In this document: positions 1-10,413 of the stretch, in pieces
Numbering within the stretch: position 1 is the first letter of the stretch
Layout of the letters: each line of letters begins with the position of its first letter
From: Gemmatimonadota bacterium
GTDB taxonomy: Bacteria > Gemmatimonadota > Gemmatimonadetes > Gemmatimonadales > Gemmatimonadaceae
DNA length: 64,000 nucleotides
Direction: 5' to 3'
Assembly: GCA_003155795.1 (NCBI GenBank)
Contig: PMEM01000043.1
Location: 31,925 to 95,924 of the forward strand
Notes under the pieces: model-generated
Database searches by the model: none
What the model was told of the DNA's origin: nothing
Seen by the model: the letters and a program-made list of their open reading frames with translations, nothing else
Program-made: the position numbers and the translations under genes

Positions 1-54
1 GGAATAGCTGCATTTGTTGGCGCAGGCCTGTTCCTCCCAAGTACAGTGTTACCG

Positions 55-65
55 CGCGAGTGCAT
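55..65 (+). promoter_or_regulatory. CGCGRGYGCAT backbone box (cgcgagtgcat)
   Basis: Copy of recurring 11-mer, ending 33 nt before ATG at 98. Confidence 0.55.
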
Positions 66-97
66 GTCGTCCTATCACTTACTTTGAGGAGTTCTCA

Positions 98-529
98 ATG
101 GAATCAGCCGATTCACCAGTATTCCCGCGTGCGCAAACAGCACGAAAGGATTTTGTACAAGGAGCTCGCCCCGCAGTTTCGCCAGAAGTCTCTGGGACAT
201 TCGAGTGCCCGGTGTGTGGAGAGCGCGAGCGGTTTGTTGGCACCGACATTCATGGTGCTGATGGCCCCGATGCCTGCAACTGCGACCGTCCCGGTGGAGA
301 CCACGATCTGGAATGTGGAATTTATGAGGATGTAGAACTGGTCCAGCACTTCCTGGTTATCTCCCAGGATGGTACCAGCGAGGGTGCTAACATCGACTAC
401 GACTCGCACGAAGGCGGTTGCTCGGGTGCTGAGATCGTCAGTTACACCTCAATCCACTGCGGTAATTGCGAGAGCCTCGTATGGGAGGAAGGTTTGCCGA
501 CGAGCAGTCCGATACCAGTGCGGGGGTGA
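98..529 (+). CDS. hypothetical acidic Cys-rich (Zn-ribbon-like) protein
   Basis: ATG 98 with GAGGAG RBS; CPVC and CGNC pairs. Confidence 0.55.
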   Translation: MESADSPVFPRAQTARKDFVQGARPAVSPEVSGTFECPVCGERERFVGTDIHGADGPDACNCDRPGGDHDLECGIYEDVELVQHFLVISQDGTSEGANIDYDSHEGGCSGAEIVSYTSIHCGNCESLVWEEGLPTSSPIPVRG

Positions 530-579
530 CCGGGTTGCAACTCGTTACCTGACCTACATTCCGGGACGAAGGAAAGCGG

Positions 580-590
580 CGCGGGTGCAT
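580..590 (+). promoter_or_regulatory. CGCGRGYGCAT backbone box (cgcgggtgcat)
   Basis: Ends 45 nt before MTase ATG 635; context aagcggcgcgggtgcatggagat nearly identical to 7700-7721. Confidence 0.65.
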
Positions 591-634
591 GGAGATGAAT
601 CACATTCTCTCCGCGCATTCGCGCCGGGTCGCAT

Positions 635-1690
635 ATGGCATCCCCGATCTATCTCTACGAAGGTGAAGCGAACGCTGGACTCCATGCGATTGCACCTGGC
701 TCATGTTCTCTTGTAGTCACGTCACCACGGTATCTCTCACTCGTTGATTACGAGGCTGTAAGCCGTGGGCGAGCACTCAAGTGGCGTGATGGTGCGCAGC
801 TTGAGTCGCTCGACGCTTATGTACGCGAGCACCTTGAGAGTGTTCAGCAGATGGCGGAAATCTGCGCGCCCGATGCAACAATCTGCATCGAGATTGACTT
901 CTACCGTGACACAGAAGGACGCTGCCTGTTACCACTTCCAGACTTGTTCCGCGACATTTTGGTGGGATGTGGTTTTAGAATCGCGGAGAATGTCACACTA
1001 GCGCGCTACTTGGCACATGGTAGACGGAGCGGGCACTTCATCAAGTCAGCGGGGAAGCCAGGCACACTGTTTCCGGATAATCTGACGAGCGCGCTCATTA
1101 TTGCGAAGCGGGGTAATCCGGATGCGCGGTTGCGGCGCGGCGCGCGGCCAAAGGATCATTTGGATGTCGAAGCGCATCGGCGTTTCCTCGTCAATCTGTG
1201 GCGGATTAGTCCACCTGGGAAACGTGTATTGCCAGCGAATCATCCCGTGCCGATGGATGACGATGTGGTGCGAGCTCTTATCAGCGCGTATTCGCTACCG
1301 GGGGATACCGTGCTGGATTGCTGGGCCGGTTCTGGCACTGTCGGACGAATTTCCTCCGAGCTCGAACGCGAGTCTGTTCTGATTGAACGAGTCCCTCGTT
1401 TTGCAGCTTACATGCGTGAGCACCTGGGCGCACAACAACTCGTATGTCGCCCTCGGCCGCTAATCGTGCAAAGCGGTCAGATCGCGCTCCCGCTGGGAGT
1501 GCCAGCGATCACTGCCCTTCGCCGCGCCTTCAAGGAGAAAGCAGTAGGTGGAATCACGCCGCGGATGCGGGGGATTGCACGGCGTGTGCAGGCAGACGCT
1601 GGTGTAGAGGTACCGCCTGAGTTGATGGCCCTGGCTCTCAGGGCAGCACGTGCGTATTGGGCAAAGGGCGAGGCCAAAACGGCAGCCTGA
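635..1690 (+). CDS. beta-class N4-C/N6-A DNA methyltransferase (orphan)
   Basis: Motif IV variant TSPRY near N-terminus; HPVPM and SAM-binding PGDTVLDCWAGSGT. Confidence 0.85.
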   Translation: MASPIYLYEGEANAGLHAIAPGSCSLVVTSPRYLSLVDYEAVSRGRALKWRDGAQLESLDAYVREHLESVQQMAEICAPDATICIEIDFYRDTEGRCLLPLPDLFRDILVGCGFRIAENVTLARYLAHGRRSGHFIKSAGKPGTLFPDNLTSALIIAKRGNPDARLRRGARPKDHLDVEAHRRFLVNLWRISPPGKRVLPANHPVPMDDDVVRALISAYSLPGDTVLDCWAGSGTVGRISSELERESVLIERVPRFAAYMREHLGAQQLVCRPRPLIVQSGQIALPLGVPAITALRRAFKEKAVGGITPRMRGIARRVQADAGVEVPPELMALALRAARAYWAKGEAKTAA

Positions 1691-1712
1691 TCCGCGCAGC
1701 CTCGACCTGCGC

Positions 1713-1723
1713 CGCGAGCGCAT
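1713..1723 (+). promoter_or_regulatory. CGCGRGYGCAT backbone box (cgcgagcgcat)
   Basis: Ends 44 nt before recJ ATG 1767. Confidence 0.6.
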
Positions 1724-1766
1724 TCCTCCGGAGTAATCACACTCACACCCCCGGAGGGTCATCGCC

Positions 1767-3629
1767 ATGATGACCAAACTCGAATTCAGCACATGGAACC
1801 TGCGAAATGCCGAGCCGGCATCCGTCGCAGCGTTCGTGGCTGCCGGGGTCCCGCATCTTATCGCATGCATTCTCGCCGCCAGGGGCTTCCGTTCGATGGA
1901 GGAAGTCACCGCCTTCGCGGAATTGTCAGCTCGCAACATGACCTCGCCCGGCGATCTGGACGGGATGGAGCAAGCAATGGCGCGTCTTACACTCGCGATT
2001 GTGCGTGGTGAGCGTGTCTTTGTTCATGGCGACTTCGACGCCGACGGTGTGACGTCAACCTCGATACTGATGCGCGGTCTCGATACGCTTGGCCTCCAGG
2101 CAACGGCATACGTCCCTGACCGAGCGATTGATGGCCACGGCTTCAAGGAGGCTGCTGTCGAGCGTGCGTGTGACGTCGGGGCGAAGCTCATCATCACAAT
2201 TGACTGTGGTGTGTCGTCACGTGAGACGGTGGAGCTGGCGTCTTCGATCGGGATCGACACCATCATAATCGATCATCACGAACCAGACGGTGTCCTTCCT
2301 ACTGCAGCGGCCGTCATCGATCCGAAGGCATATCCTCGGAAGGACGGAGTACTTACAGATGTGTCCGCGGCGATGCTTGCATACAAGGTCGTGTGGGCTG
2401 CGCTCCGACTTGCGGTTGATCGTGGTGATGTCGTAGAGACGGACGCGAAGCGCGTACTGCGCGAATGCCTCGACCTCGCAGCGATTGGAACGATCGCAGA
2501 CTCGATGCCACTCGTCGGGGAGAATCGTGGTCTCGTACGTACGGCTCTGGATCGCTTGCGTCACACGGAGAGCGCAGGCCTGTCCGCATTACTGAACGAC
2601 GCACTTGCTCCACGGAATCGCCCCGGCCGTGGGGGCGTTATCAAACCTGTGAGACCCTTCCGCAGGCGAGAGGTTCTTATCGCCGCAACTCCGGAGAAGC
2701 GTGTAACAGCCAGAGACATCTCCCATGCGGTTGCGCCTGTGCTCAATGCCTTCGGGCGAATGGGTGATGCGGCGCGCGCTGTGTCGTTGCTCACGGCAGG
2801 CCGCGCGACGGCGCCAGGTCTCGCGACTGTTGGTCGCTACGAGAACGAGGCTCGTCGTGCAGAGGAGCAGAGGGTGTACGAATGCGCACTGGCGCAGGTG
2901 GACATCTCGGAGGAGTCAGGGGCGATCGTTGCCGTGGGTGAGGACTGGCATCCAGGGGTGCTCGGCAACGTCGCACCGCGTCTTGCTGAAAAATTCGGTC
3001 GGCCAGCGGTCGTGCTCAGTTTCAGGAATGGGGCAGCTCGTACACGTACAGATCTTGCTCGCGGTAGCGCTCGCGGCCCAGCCGGGAGCAACGTGCTTGG
3101 GTTGTTGCAGAGTGTGAGTGCGCACATCAAGGACTTCGGTGGGCATAAAGGTGCGGCCGGGGTCAGCGTTGAGCGTCGTCATCTCGACGGGTTCCGCGAC
3201 GCATTCCATGCTTCAGCGGAACATGCCCTGGGATCCGGTACTCCTGCAACGCCATTCGATGTGGACGCAACCGCTACTCTCTCAGAGCTACTCGATACAG
3301 CGTTAACCCCATGGATCGAGCGTCTTGAGCCATTCGGGCGTGGAAATCCGGAACCGACTATTCGGGTCGAGCAGGTATTCATCGCTGGTGCTCGTCTCGT
3401 CGGAGAGAAGCACGTCGCCGGCGAACTCCGCGTTGGTAGCGCGAGCCTTCCATTCATCGGCTTCAACATCGCGGACAACTATCCACCACAGTGGCTGTCG
3501 GGCAGTTACTGGACTGTTATTGGTCACCTCAGCCATGATCCGCGCGGAGGGCTGCAATTCCGCGTGACAGATCTTCGTGCAGTTGAACACCGCACGGTTG
3601 GAACCACCATCGTTTCTGCTGCTGCATAA
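1767..3629 (+). CDS. recJ: RecJ-like ssDNA exonuclease (DHH/DHHA1/OB)
   Basis: GDFDADG, TIDCG, IDHH, GTIADSMPL, RGSAR, FGGHKGAAG, LEPFGRGNPEP motifs. Confidence 0.93.
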   Translation: MMTKLEFSTWNLRNAEPASVAAFVAAGVPHLIACILAARGFRSMEEVTAFAELSARNMTSPGDLDGMEQAMARLTLAIVRGERVFVHGDFDADGVTSTSILMRGLDTLGLQATAYVPDRAIDGHGFKEAAVERACDVGAKLIITIDCGVSSRETVELASSIGIDTIIIDHHEPDGVLPTAAAVIDPKAYPRKDGVLTDVSAAMLAYKVVWAALRLAVDRGDVVETDAKRVLRECLDLAAIGTIADSMPLVGENRGLVRTALDRLRHTESAGLSALLNDALAPRNRPGRGGVIKPVRPFRRREVLIAATPEKRVTARDISHAVAPVLNAFGRMGDAARAVSLLTAGRATAPGLATVGRYENEARRAEEQRVYECALAQVDISEESGAIVAVGEDWHPGVLGNVAPRLAEKFGRPAVVLSFRNGAARTRTDLARGSARGPAGSNVLGLLQSVSAHIKDFGGHKGAAGVSVERRHLDGFRDAFHASAEHALGSGTPATPFDVDATATLSELLDTALTPWIERLEPFGRGNPEPTIRVEQVFIAGARLVGEKHVAGELRVGSASLPFIGFNIADNYPPQWLSGSYWTVIGHLSHDPRGGLQFRVTDLRAVEHRTVGTTIVSAAA

Positions 3630-4001
3630 CAACACGCCTTTGGCCAGAATTCCTGGTGTGCATTTACTGGACAGTTGTTCACAAGCAAGAATGTTTATAG
3701 TGCGGAACCGCACTCACTTTCCATTACACCATGCAAGTTGTTACGTGGCCATGACTTCCGGGTGTTGCTTGAGGATCCCGATTACCTGAAACCCGTTGGA
3801 GAACCTGATTTATCTGGTGTGTAATCCGGGTGCCGAGGTCGATCCTTAGACCAATGGGACGATCTCAGTGTGCTCCGAAATGCGTTTGGTGGATAGGCGG
3901 GTGTATCCTCCTCAGAGCATGTTGCACTTCGTGCCAGAATACAGGAGTTGCTATTCGTGGGAACCGTTTCTACACAACCACCGATCGCCGGACCGTCGGC
4001 A

Positions 4002-4349
4002 ATGGTTAGCGAAATTTTATCTCCGCGTTCGGCGCTGGCAGCAGTCCGGCAGCTTTGCGTCCAGCCTGTTGATAAGACACGTTTCGAGTCCGTAGTCCGT
4101 CGGTATTTTATCTTGCTGCGTTGTGCGAGTGGAGTTGACGGATGCGAAGCGGCTGCTGCAGACTCCAATGATGATTTCGCGTTGGACGATCAGATATTAG
4201 CGGATCAGGCGTTTCTGTTGCTTTCGTTCGGCATCCGTGTGCCTACGACTCGCGATGTTCGCGATGCGCTATTTGGTGGCCGTGGACATGGGGGCCTAGC
4301 GCCGCCCGGTCGTTTGCGGCTAGTTTCAGAAAGTACGACAACGAAGTAG
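4002..4349 (+). CDS. hypothetical protein
   Basis: ORF co-oriented with neighbours; no recognisable motif; start uncertain. Confidence 0.4.
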   Translation: MVSEILSPRSALAAVRQLCVQPVDKTRFESVVRRYFILLRCASGVDGCEAAAADSNDDFALDDQILADQAFLLLSFGIRVPTTRDVRDALFGGRGHGGLAPPGRLRLVSESTTTK

Positions 4350-4405
4350 CAGGATCAGCAGGACAAGAATTCGTAGGACTGACAACTTACTCTGACCAAA
4401 ATGGC

Positions 4406-5620
4406 ATGACTGCCTCTCGCCCATGGCGTGGGATCAGCATGCACCGGCGGCGCGTGATGTTGGGGAAATCAACCCTCAGCAGCACGACGAGCTCGGCGCG
4501 TGCTATCCCGCGATTAGTGAAGCATCTCGTATCGCCAAGCGTCGAAGTCATCGCATGCAGCCTTGCGTTGGGCTTCACCGTCGCGCCGATTACCGCAAGC
4601 GCGCAAGCCGGTATGGTTTGGGCCGTATCATTTAACGGTAGCGTTGCGTCACCGCCTTCGGCTGTATCTTCGACCGTACCGATGGCAGGGGCACCACCGG
4701 CGGCACCAAGGGTTCGGGTTCTCGCCGGAGACATGCCTGTTCATAAGTCTGCGCCGCGTCGTGATGGTTTAGCCTCACCGCGCCCGTCACGCCTTCCGGA
4801 CGTTGCAGAGGCACAGGTCGCACGGTGGGCCACTGCATACAGCACAGTTTACAAGGCTTCATTCGTTCGCGCCATCTCGCGCGGCCAGCCTTACGGTGAG
4901 ATGATCGCCACCAAATTGCGGAACGCCGGATTACCCGGCGCGCTCATCTACCTTCCAGTCGTTGAGAGTCGGTTTAGCCCGGGCGCGAAGTCGAGCGCTG
5001 GCGCTGTTGGACTCTGGCAGTTCATGCCGTCCACGGCGCGCGGCTACGGCTTGCGTGTGGACACCTGGGTTGACGAGCGCCGCGATCCTTATCGCGCGAC
5101 TGATGCTGCTGTGCGATACCTCCGCGACCTTCACAGGAACTTCGGTGACTGGTACTTGGCCCTCGCCGCATACAACGGCGGCGATGGGCGCGTAGCGCGC
5201 GCCGTACGGGCAAGTGGTGGGAAGGGAAGTGTGCATGCCTTCTGGGCGGCTCAGTCAGAGTTACCGCGAGAGACGCGTGACTACGTGCCGCAATTGCTTG
5301 GTGTCGCGCGCGTTGGCGCAAACCCGGCGAAGTACGGGGTAGTGATCCCTGTTGAACCACTATCAGAAAGCCTTGTCAGGGTGATGCTACCGCCGGCGTC
5401 CCGGCTCACAGCGTTGGCCGACGTGTGGGGGATCTCGCTTGACGAGATCGCTCGACTGAATCCGGCTCTGAATTGGGCAGCGACACCGCCCGATCGCAGC
5501 TATGCCGTCGTTGTACCGAGTGAGCAGGCAGAATCGAAGCGTGATGCTTTCATGCGGCTTCCGTCGCGGGTCCGGATTCTGACCCGGACGGAGATCGCCC
5601 GAATTTCAGGGAGAAGTTGA
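4406..5620 (+). CDS. MltD-like lytic transglycosylase (SLT domain, C-terminal LysM-like)
   Basis: VESRF catalytic Glu, AVGLWQFM, LAAYNGG, ETRDYVP; hydrophobic N-terminal segment; start uncertain. Confidence 0.9.
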   Translation: MTASRPWRGISMHRRRVMLGKSTLSSTTSSARAIPRLVKHLVSPSVEVIACSLALGFTVAPITASAQAGMVWAVSFNGSVASPPSAVSSTVPMAGAPPAAPRVRVLAGDMPVHKSAPRRDGLASPRPSRLPDVAEAQVARWATAYSTVYKASFVRAISRGQPYGEMIATKLRNAGLPGALIYLPVVESRFSPGAKSSAGAVGLWQFMPSTARGYGLRVDTWVDERRDPYRATDAAVRYLRDLHRNFGDWYLALAAYNGGDGRVARAVRASGGKGSVHAFWAAQSELPRETRDYVPQLLGVARVGANPAKYGVVIPVEPLSESLVRVMLPPASRLTALADVWGISLDEIARLNPALNWAATPPDRSYAVVVPSEQAESKRDAFMRLPSRVRILTRTEIARISGRS

Positions 5621-6243
5621 GGGTGCTCTATTCCCAAAGTCGGAATTTTGTATTTATGGCAGCGGCTGCCTCGATAGTGATACCGATATCAGGTCAGGCA
5701 CAACTCCCATCGCATCCAACGTCCCGGCGACCGGCGGTAAGCAATGTCGTCGCCAAAGTTCCGGAACGCCTGGTCGGCGCGGTCGGCATCGAATCTCTCG
5801 TATGGGGGAGTGATACGGGTACCGTCAATCGAGCACTCGCACTTGCAGGCTACAAACGACAGGGCGCACCGGTTCTGTATACGCATGACCGCGATATCAG
5901 CGATGGCACCTCTGAGCTAGCGGAGACCTACATGCATCAGATTGGCGTTGTACCCGCGACTTTCAGGTTCGCGTTTTCAAACCATCGGCTTTCGCGGGTT
6001 GGCGTGATTGTGCACGACAACCCCAACGAGGGTGTAGATGTGCGACGAGCTTATCCGAGGATTCTCAGGACACTCATCGTACAGTTTGGTGCGCCGAGCC
6101 AAGTGGTGAATTCAGGTCTGAGGCAGGCGATGTGGACTGGATCTCACACTCGCTCATTGGTCACCCTAGCCGAGGCGAATACTCCGACCGGGAAGGGTGA
6201 ACACCAGCGGATCGTCATGCTCAACTTGTTTCCACTTCGATAG
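5617..6243 (+). CDS. hypothetical secreted protein
   Basis: TTGA overlap with transglycosylase stop; signal-peptide-like N-terminus. Confidence 0.55.
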   Translation: MRVLYSQSRNFVFMAAAASIVIPISGQAQLPSHPTSRRPAVSNVVAKVPERLVGAVGIESLVWGSDTGTVNRALALAGYKRQGAPVLYTHDRDISDGTSELAETYMHQIGVVPATFRFAFSNHRLSRVGVIVHDNPNEGVDVRRAYPRILRTLIVQFGAPSQVVNSGLRQAMWTGSHTRSLVTLAEANTPTGKGEHQRIVMLNLFPLR

Positions 6244-6383
6244 CCACACGAGCGGCCAGGAGGACCTGCAGCCAACGTTCCAGGTGTAAGGCAAGGTCAC
6301 CCCGGGCTGTCTTGTGTACCGCCTGATCCGCCACACAACTGGTGGACTGACTTCAGGCGTTCATACCACCATAGAGGCCCCCG

Positions 6384-7694
6384 ATGCAGCCACCGCGATT
6401 GCTCGCCACTCTTTCTGTCTTCGATCGCTACACGTTTCCTCGATTCGGGCCAGATGCTCTTGCGTCGATGCTTCGGGAGGGCCGTGTAACGACCGCCCGC
6501 TTGAATGCGCGTGCTGATGCGATTGGTCCAATTGGTTGCGCCGATCTGCTTCATGTCATCATGGAGAACGTGCGGCCGCGTCGTGGCGTCGAATCGTTGT
6601 CTGGAACAGATGATGTGAATCGTGAGCGAGTCCAGGTGAAGGTTGCCGAGGACATGCTCGGTGAATCGTTAGTAGCAGACATCGTTGCGCGCGGGAATGC
6701 GGAGGGCGCACTCCCGTTTATCCGTTGGGGTTCCCGAACGACAGCCGTTGCTGCAGTAAGGGCGGTGAACGGTCGTGCCGCGTCGCGATACAACCCACCG
6801 CTCGCCAGTGACATCGTCAAGCAGGCGACTGACGCGATACTAGATCATGGTGCAGAGGACCAAAATCTGAATGGACCGAGCACGATCGACCTCGCTCGGG
6901 GAATTCGTTCGCGCGCCCTCTTCGACGAGATCGCGGAGGCGACCAACCGTGCGCACGGGTCTGAAACACCGGAGGAGAGTGCGCGTGCGGCGCGTGGTGA
7001 AGCTGTCCTTTTTGAGTCCCTCACGAATCCATTGTGTCAGCCGTACGGGGATGGTGGTCGAGATTCGGCGGCTGGCCGGCAGCAGCGTGCGCGGATCCTC
7101 GAGGTTACGGGTAGTCCGCATACGATCAGCATGGTGTGGGCACTTTCGGGTCAAGATCCAGTGGAGGCAGGTGCTGTTCTGGACGCGCTTGGCCGGACAG
7201 CGATCGTATCCTACGCCCGGTCGAACCGCGGTGCGACGACGTTGCGACACGCTGAACGCGCCGTGAAATGTCTTACAGTCGCGGAGCTTGTGATGCATTC
7301 GCTCGGATATTCGAGCGGCGGCGTGCCTCCTCATCACGCTGAGGCAATCGCAACTTTGAGGGATACTGCCATTGGTCTGCGCGCGAATAGTCACGGTGCT
7401 GCTTCGAACGGCTGGGCGCGTCAGCTATCCGCAAGTTCACTGATGGAATTCAACCACGTTGCAACGAGCTTTTTGAAGCTGACTGACCAGGCCGCTCGCG
7501 AACGCGCAGAGAGAAAACCGCGATCGCGTTCCAGTGCTGATCGATTGGTGCATACTTCACAACGTGTGACAGACCAGGTCCACGATCAGGACGATGGCGC
7601 CACCGAGGCAGGGATGTTGCCTTTGCTTGAAGATCCAGAGGCAGAGGAGAATGCCGAGTTGGGATTCCCGCTCAATTTAGGGAGTCCCAGGTAG
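6384..7694 (+). CDS. hypothetical protein (Ala-rich, acidic tail)
   Basis: 436-aa ORF with GAGG upstream; no motif recognised. Confidence 0.6.
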   Translation: MQPPRLLATLSVFDRYTFPRFGPDALASMLREGRVTTARLNARADAIGPIGCADLLHVIMENVRPRRGVESLSGTDDVNRERVQVKVAEDMLGESLVADIVARGNAEGALPFIRWGSRTTAVAAVRAVNGRAASRYNPPLASDIVKQATDAILDHGAEDQNLNGPSTIDLARGIRSRALFDEIAEATNRAHGSETPEESARAARGEAVLFESLTNPLCQPYGDGGRDSAAGRQQRARILEVTGSPHTISMVWALSGQDPVEAGAVLDALGRTAIVSYARSNRGATTLRHAERAVKCLTVAELVMHSLGYSSGGVPPHHAEAIATLRDTAIGLRANSHGAASNGWARQLSASSLMEFNHVATSFLKLTDQAARERAERKPRSRSSADRLVHTSQRVTDQVHDQDDGATEAGMLPLLEDPEAEENAELGFPLNLGSPR

Positions 7695-7705
7695 TTATGA
7701 AGCGT

Positions 7706-7716
7706 CGCGGGTGCAT
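7706..7716 (+). promoter_or_regulatory. CGCGRGYGCAT backbone box (cgcgggtgcat)
   Basis: Ends 37 nt before ATG 7753 of second MTase. Confidence 0.65.
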
Positions 7717-7752
7717 GAGATAGGACTCACACATCTTCACGAGATCCTACCA

Positions 7753-9009
7753 ATGACAGCACCAGATGCTCGTACGGCGAAAGCTATGCCGACACAGGGC
7801 CAGCTCACACTCAGCTTGTTGGACGTCCTGGCTGAGAAGCCGCGAGGCCCGAAGGCATTGGCTGATGAGCTTGCAAGAAGGTCGGATGTATCGCCCGAAG
7901 TACGGAATGCCCGAGTAACGATCGACGGTGGACGGCGTACAGTCAACTCGTTTGATCGTCATGTCCGATTCGCATTACTCAAAGCGCGCGCGTTGAAACT
8001 CGTCGAATCCCCATCGCGCAATTTGTGGACACTTACTCCCAAGGGAGAGAACGGACTACGTACCGCAACCCGTGGTGTTGTCATCACGCTGATCACAGGC
8101 GAACACGGAATCGGGTTGTGGGGATATGCCGAGGATGCTGCTGCGTTGTTGGATGACGGATCAGTCGCGCTCCTACTCACCAGCCCGCCTTATCCGCTGC
8201 TCACCCAGAAAACCTATTCTAACTTGCCAGAGCGCGAGCACACCGAGTGGTTGGTGAGGATGATCGAGCGGTACATGCCGAAGATCGATAAGCAGGGAAG
8301 CATTGTCTTGAATGTCGCGGATTGTTACCGTCGCGGAAAACCAGTCCTGAGTACTTACGTGGATCGCATGATCGTGCGCCTTGAAGACGAACTCGGTCTG
8401 CAGTTAAGCGGTCGCTTTGTGTGGGATAAGGGTAGTGCTGTTCTCCCCGCTCCTACAGAATGGTGCAATCGTCGGCGTTGCGTAGTGAAGTCGTCAACCG
8501 AATGGTTGCTGCACTTCGCGGTCGATTCGGAAGGCCGTACGCGAGCCAACAACCGGAATGTGCTTGTGCCGTACTCTGACGACATGAAGCGACTGATCGC
8601 GAGAGGAGGCCAGAAAGCAGCGGTCAGACCAAGCGGGTACTCCATGGGTGCCGGAGCATTCTCAGCGAACAATGACGGTGCAATCCCTACAAACGTGTTG
8701 CGGGTGTCGAATACCTCCTCGAACGACGCATATCACGTTGGCTGTAAGAAGCTTGGCATTCTGCGACATCCGGCCCGGTTTCCGAATGCGATCCCTAATT
8801 TCTTCATTCGCTATCTCACCGACAGTCCGGATCATCTTGTAGCCGACATCTTCGGTGGTAGCGGCACTACGGCGGAAGAAGCTGAGCGCCTGGATCGTCC
8901 GTGGTTCATTGTCGAAAGGGATATGACCTCGCTCGCTTCTGCACATGTCAGGCTTGCACCAGTTGTAGAGAACTATGTATGGCATGGCGGCCAGTTGGCG
9001 GCCGCATGA
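7753..9009 (+). CDS. beta-class N4-cytosine DNA methyltransferase with N-terminal Mrr_N-like winged helix
   Basis: TSPPY, HPARFP, DIFGGSGTT; N-terminal FDRHVRFALLKARALKLVESPSRNLWTLTPKG. Confidence 0.9.
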   Translation: MTAPDARTAKAMPTQGQLTLSLLDVLAEKPRGPKALADELARRSDVSPEVRNARVTIDGGRRTVNSFDRHVRFALLKARALKLVESPSRNLWTLTPKGENGLRTATRGVVITLITGEHGIGLWGYAEDAAALLDDGSVALLLTSPPYPLLTQKTYSNLPEREHTEWLVRMIERYMPKIDKQGSIVLNVADCYRRGKPVLSTYVDRMIVRLEDELGLQLSGRFVWDKGSAVLPAPTEWCNRRRCVVKSSTEWLLHFAVDSEGRTRANNRNVLVPYSDDMKRLIARGGQKAAVRPSGYSMGAGAFSANNDGAIPTNVLRVSNTSSNDAYHVGCKKLGILRHPARFPNAIPNFFIRYLTDSPDHLVADIFGGSGTTAEEAERLDRPWFIVERDMTSLASAHVRLAPVVENYVWHGGQLAAA

Positions 9010-9926
9010 AAGAGAAGCCTTCGAGTTCCCCACGCGTTCCGCGTCTCTCCGTTGGCTCGTCGACTCGGTGCGAGCGGCGCCAAGGACCAGGTAAGTGCGA
9101 TGCGTGGTTGGAAACCACCACCGATGGGCACGGCAACGCTGTGACGGTTTGCCCAGCATGTGAGCGGCGAAATAGAGGCATCTGTCGCGATTGTCCAAGG
9201 CCGGTATCTGGACGACGTGGCTACGCCACACGATGTGAAAATTGCAAAGCTCTAGCTCGGCGTGAACAAGGGCGAGTCTTTGAGGACTTGCACCGCGAGG
9301 AGAGGCTTGTGCAGAGCAGGAAGTACTATCAGGGCCATCCTGAGAAACGGGCTGCCAAAGCGACCTATCACCGAGCGCTCAGACAAGCTCAACCGGATCT
9401 AATTAAGAAGCAGAAGCGGGACGCTGGGATGAAGGGCAATGCAGCCCATGAGCACACACTTGAGTGGCATCGGAAGAATAACTCCAAGAAGCCCCGAATC
9501 CGGAAGAAACGCCGACAGGCGATGCATTCGTACTACCGGACTCATCCGAACCGGACTGTTCCCAAGTGTGCAGGGTGTGACCGGTGGCTCAGTTGGACGC
9601 CGCTACCAGGAGGCCGTGCAGGTGCCCCGCCGAAGTGGTGTGACGACTGTGCGACACCTGGCGAACGGACACGTCGAGCAAAGCTAGGGCGCTCCGTTGC
9701 TGGGTTGGTTGTGCCCCCGACGCGCAAGTACGAACCGGATGTCTATGAACTCGAAAAGGAATTTGGATTGCGCACATGCGTCACAGACGGATGTGAGGTT
9801 GTTGTCACGGGTAGGAAGAAGAAATGCAGCCGCTGCAAGGCTCGTGATGCCGCAGCCGCGCTTGAGTTCCTTGCAAAGGTTACGCGGCAGGATCAAACAC
9901 GAGTCGCGAAGAAGCGAGCAGCATAA
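9006..9926 (+). CDS. basic multi-Zn-ribbon hypothetical protein
   Basis: ATGA overlap with MTase stop; CPAC, CRDC, CENC, CAGC, CDDC, CSRC pairs; Lys/Arg-rich. Confidence 0.65.
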   Translation: MKEKPSSSPRVPRLSVGSSTRCERRQGPGKCDAWLETTTDGHGNAVTVCPACERRNRGICRDCPRPVSGRRGYATRCENCKALARREQGRVFEDLHREERLVQSRKYYQGHPEKRAAKATYHRALRQAQPDLIKKQKRDAGMKGNAAHEHTLEWHRKNNSKKPRIRKKRRQAMHSYYRTHPNRTVPKCAGCDRWLSWTPLPGGRAGAPPKWCDDCATPGERTRRAKLGRSVAGLVVPPTRKYEPDVYELEKEFGLRTCVTDGCEVVVTGRKKKCSRCKARDAAAALEFLAKVTRQDQTRVAKKRAA

Positions 9927-9954
9927 CGTAAGGTCCTTGCGGGAGATTAGGTAA

Positions 9955-10413
9955 ATGACTGAATCAAAGAATACTAGCGCCGTGACCGACCTCGATCGTG
10001 AGGAGATCCCTGCTGCCGTGGCCGCAGCATCTCCAACCGAGATAGATCGACTTCATGCTCGGTTGGCTGAGGTCGAGGCCGAGAACCTTCGCCTTACACT
10101 GTTGCTCAATACTCCGGAGGTGACGGACTTCGCAAAGGGGGTTGTACTCGAGACGTTGCATCAGCGTGAGCGATGGGGGTCGGAACACGACGAAGGGAAA
10201 ACCCCATTCGACTGGTTTTGGCTCGTTGGCTACCTCGCACAGAAGGCAGCCTCGTCGCACCTAGCCGGGGATAGATCCAAGGCGCTGCACCATACTGTCA
10301 GCACGGCCGCCGCGCTCAACAACTGGCACGCTGCAATACTGGGGTTTACTGGGATGCGTCCCGGCATCGGGCCCGGTAATGCAGTGTTCGACACTGTGAG
10401 AAACGCCGATTAG
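9955..10413 (+). CDS. phage-type hypothetical protein (possible all-alpha NTP-PPase-like)
   Basis: RBS upstream; coiled coil then HQRERWG..HD..K...DWFWLVGYL helical domain. Confidence 0.6.
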   Translation: MTESKNTSAVTDLDREEIPAAVAAASPTEIDRLHARLAEVEAENLRLTLLLNTPEVTDFAKGVVLETLHQRERWGSEHDEGKTPFDWFWLVGYLAQKAASSHLAGDRSKALHHTVSTAAALNNWHAAILGFTGMRPGIGPGNAVFDTVRNAD

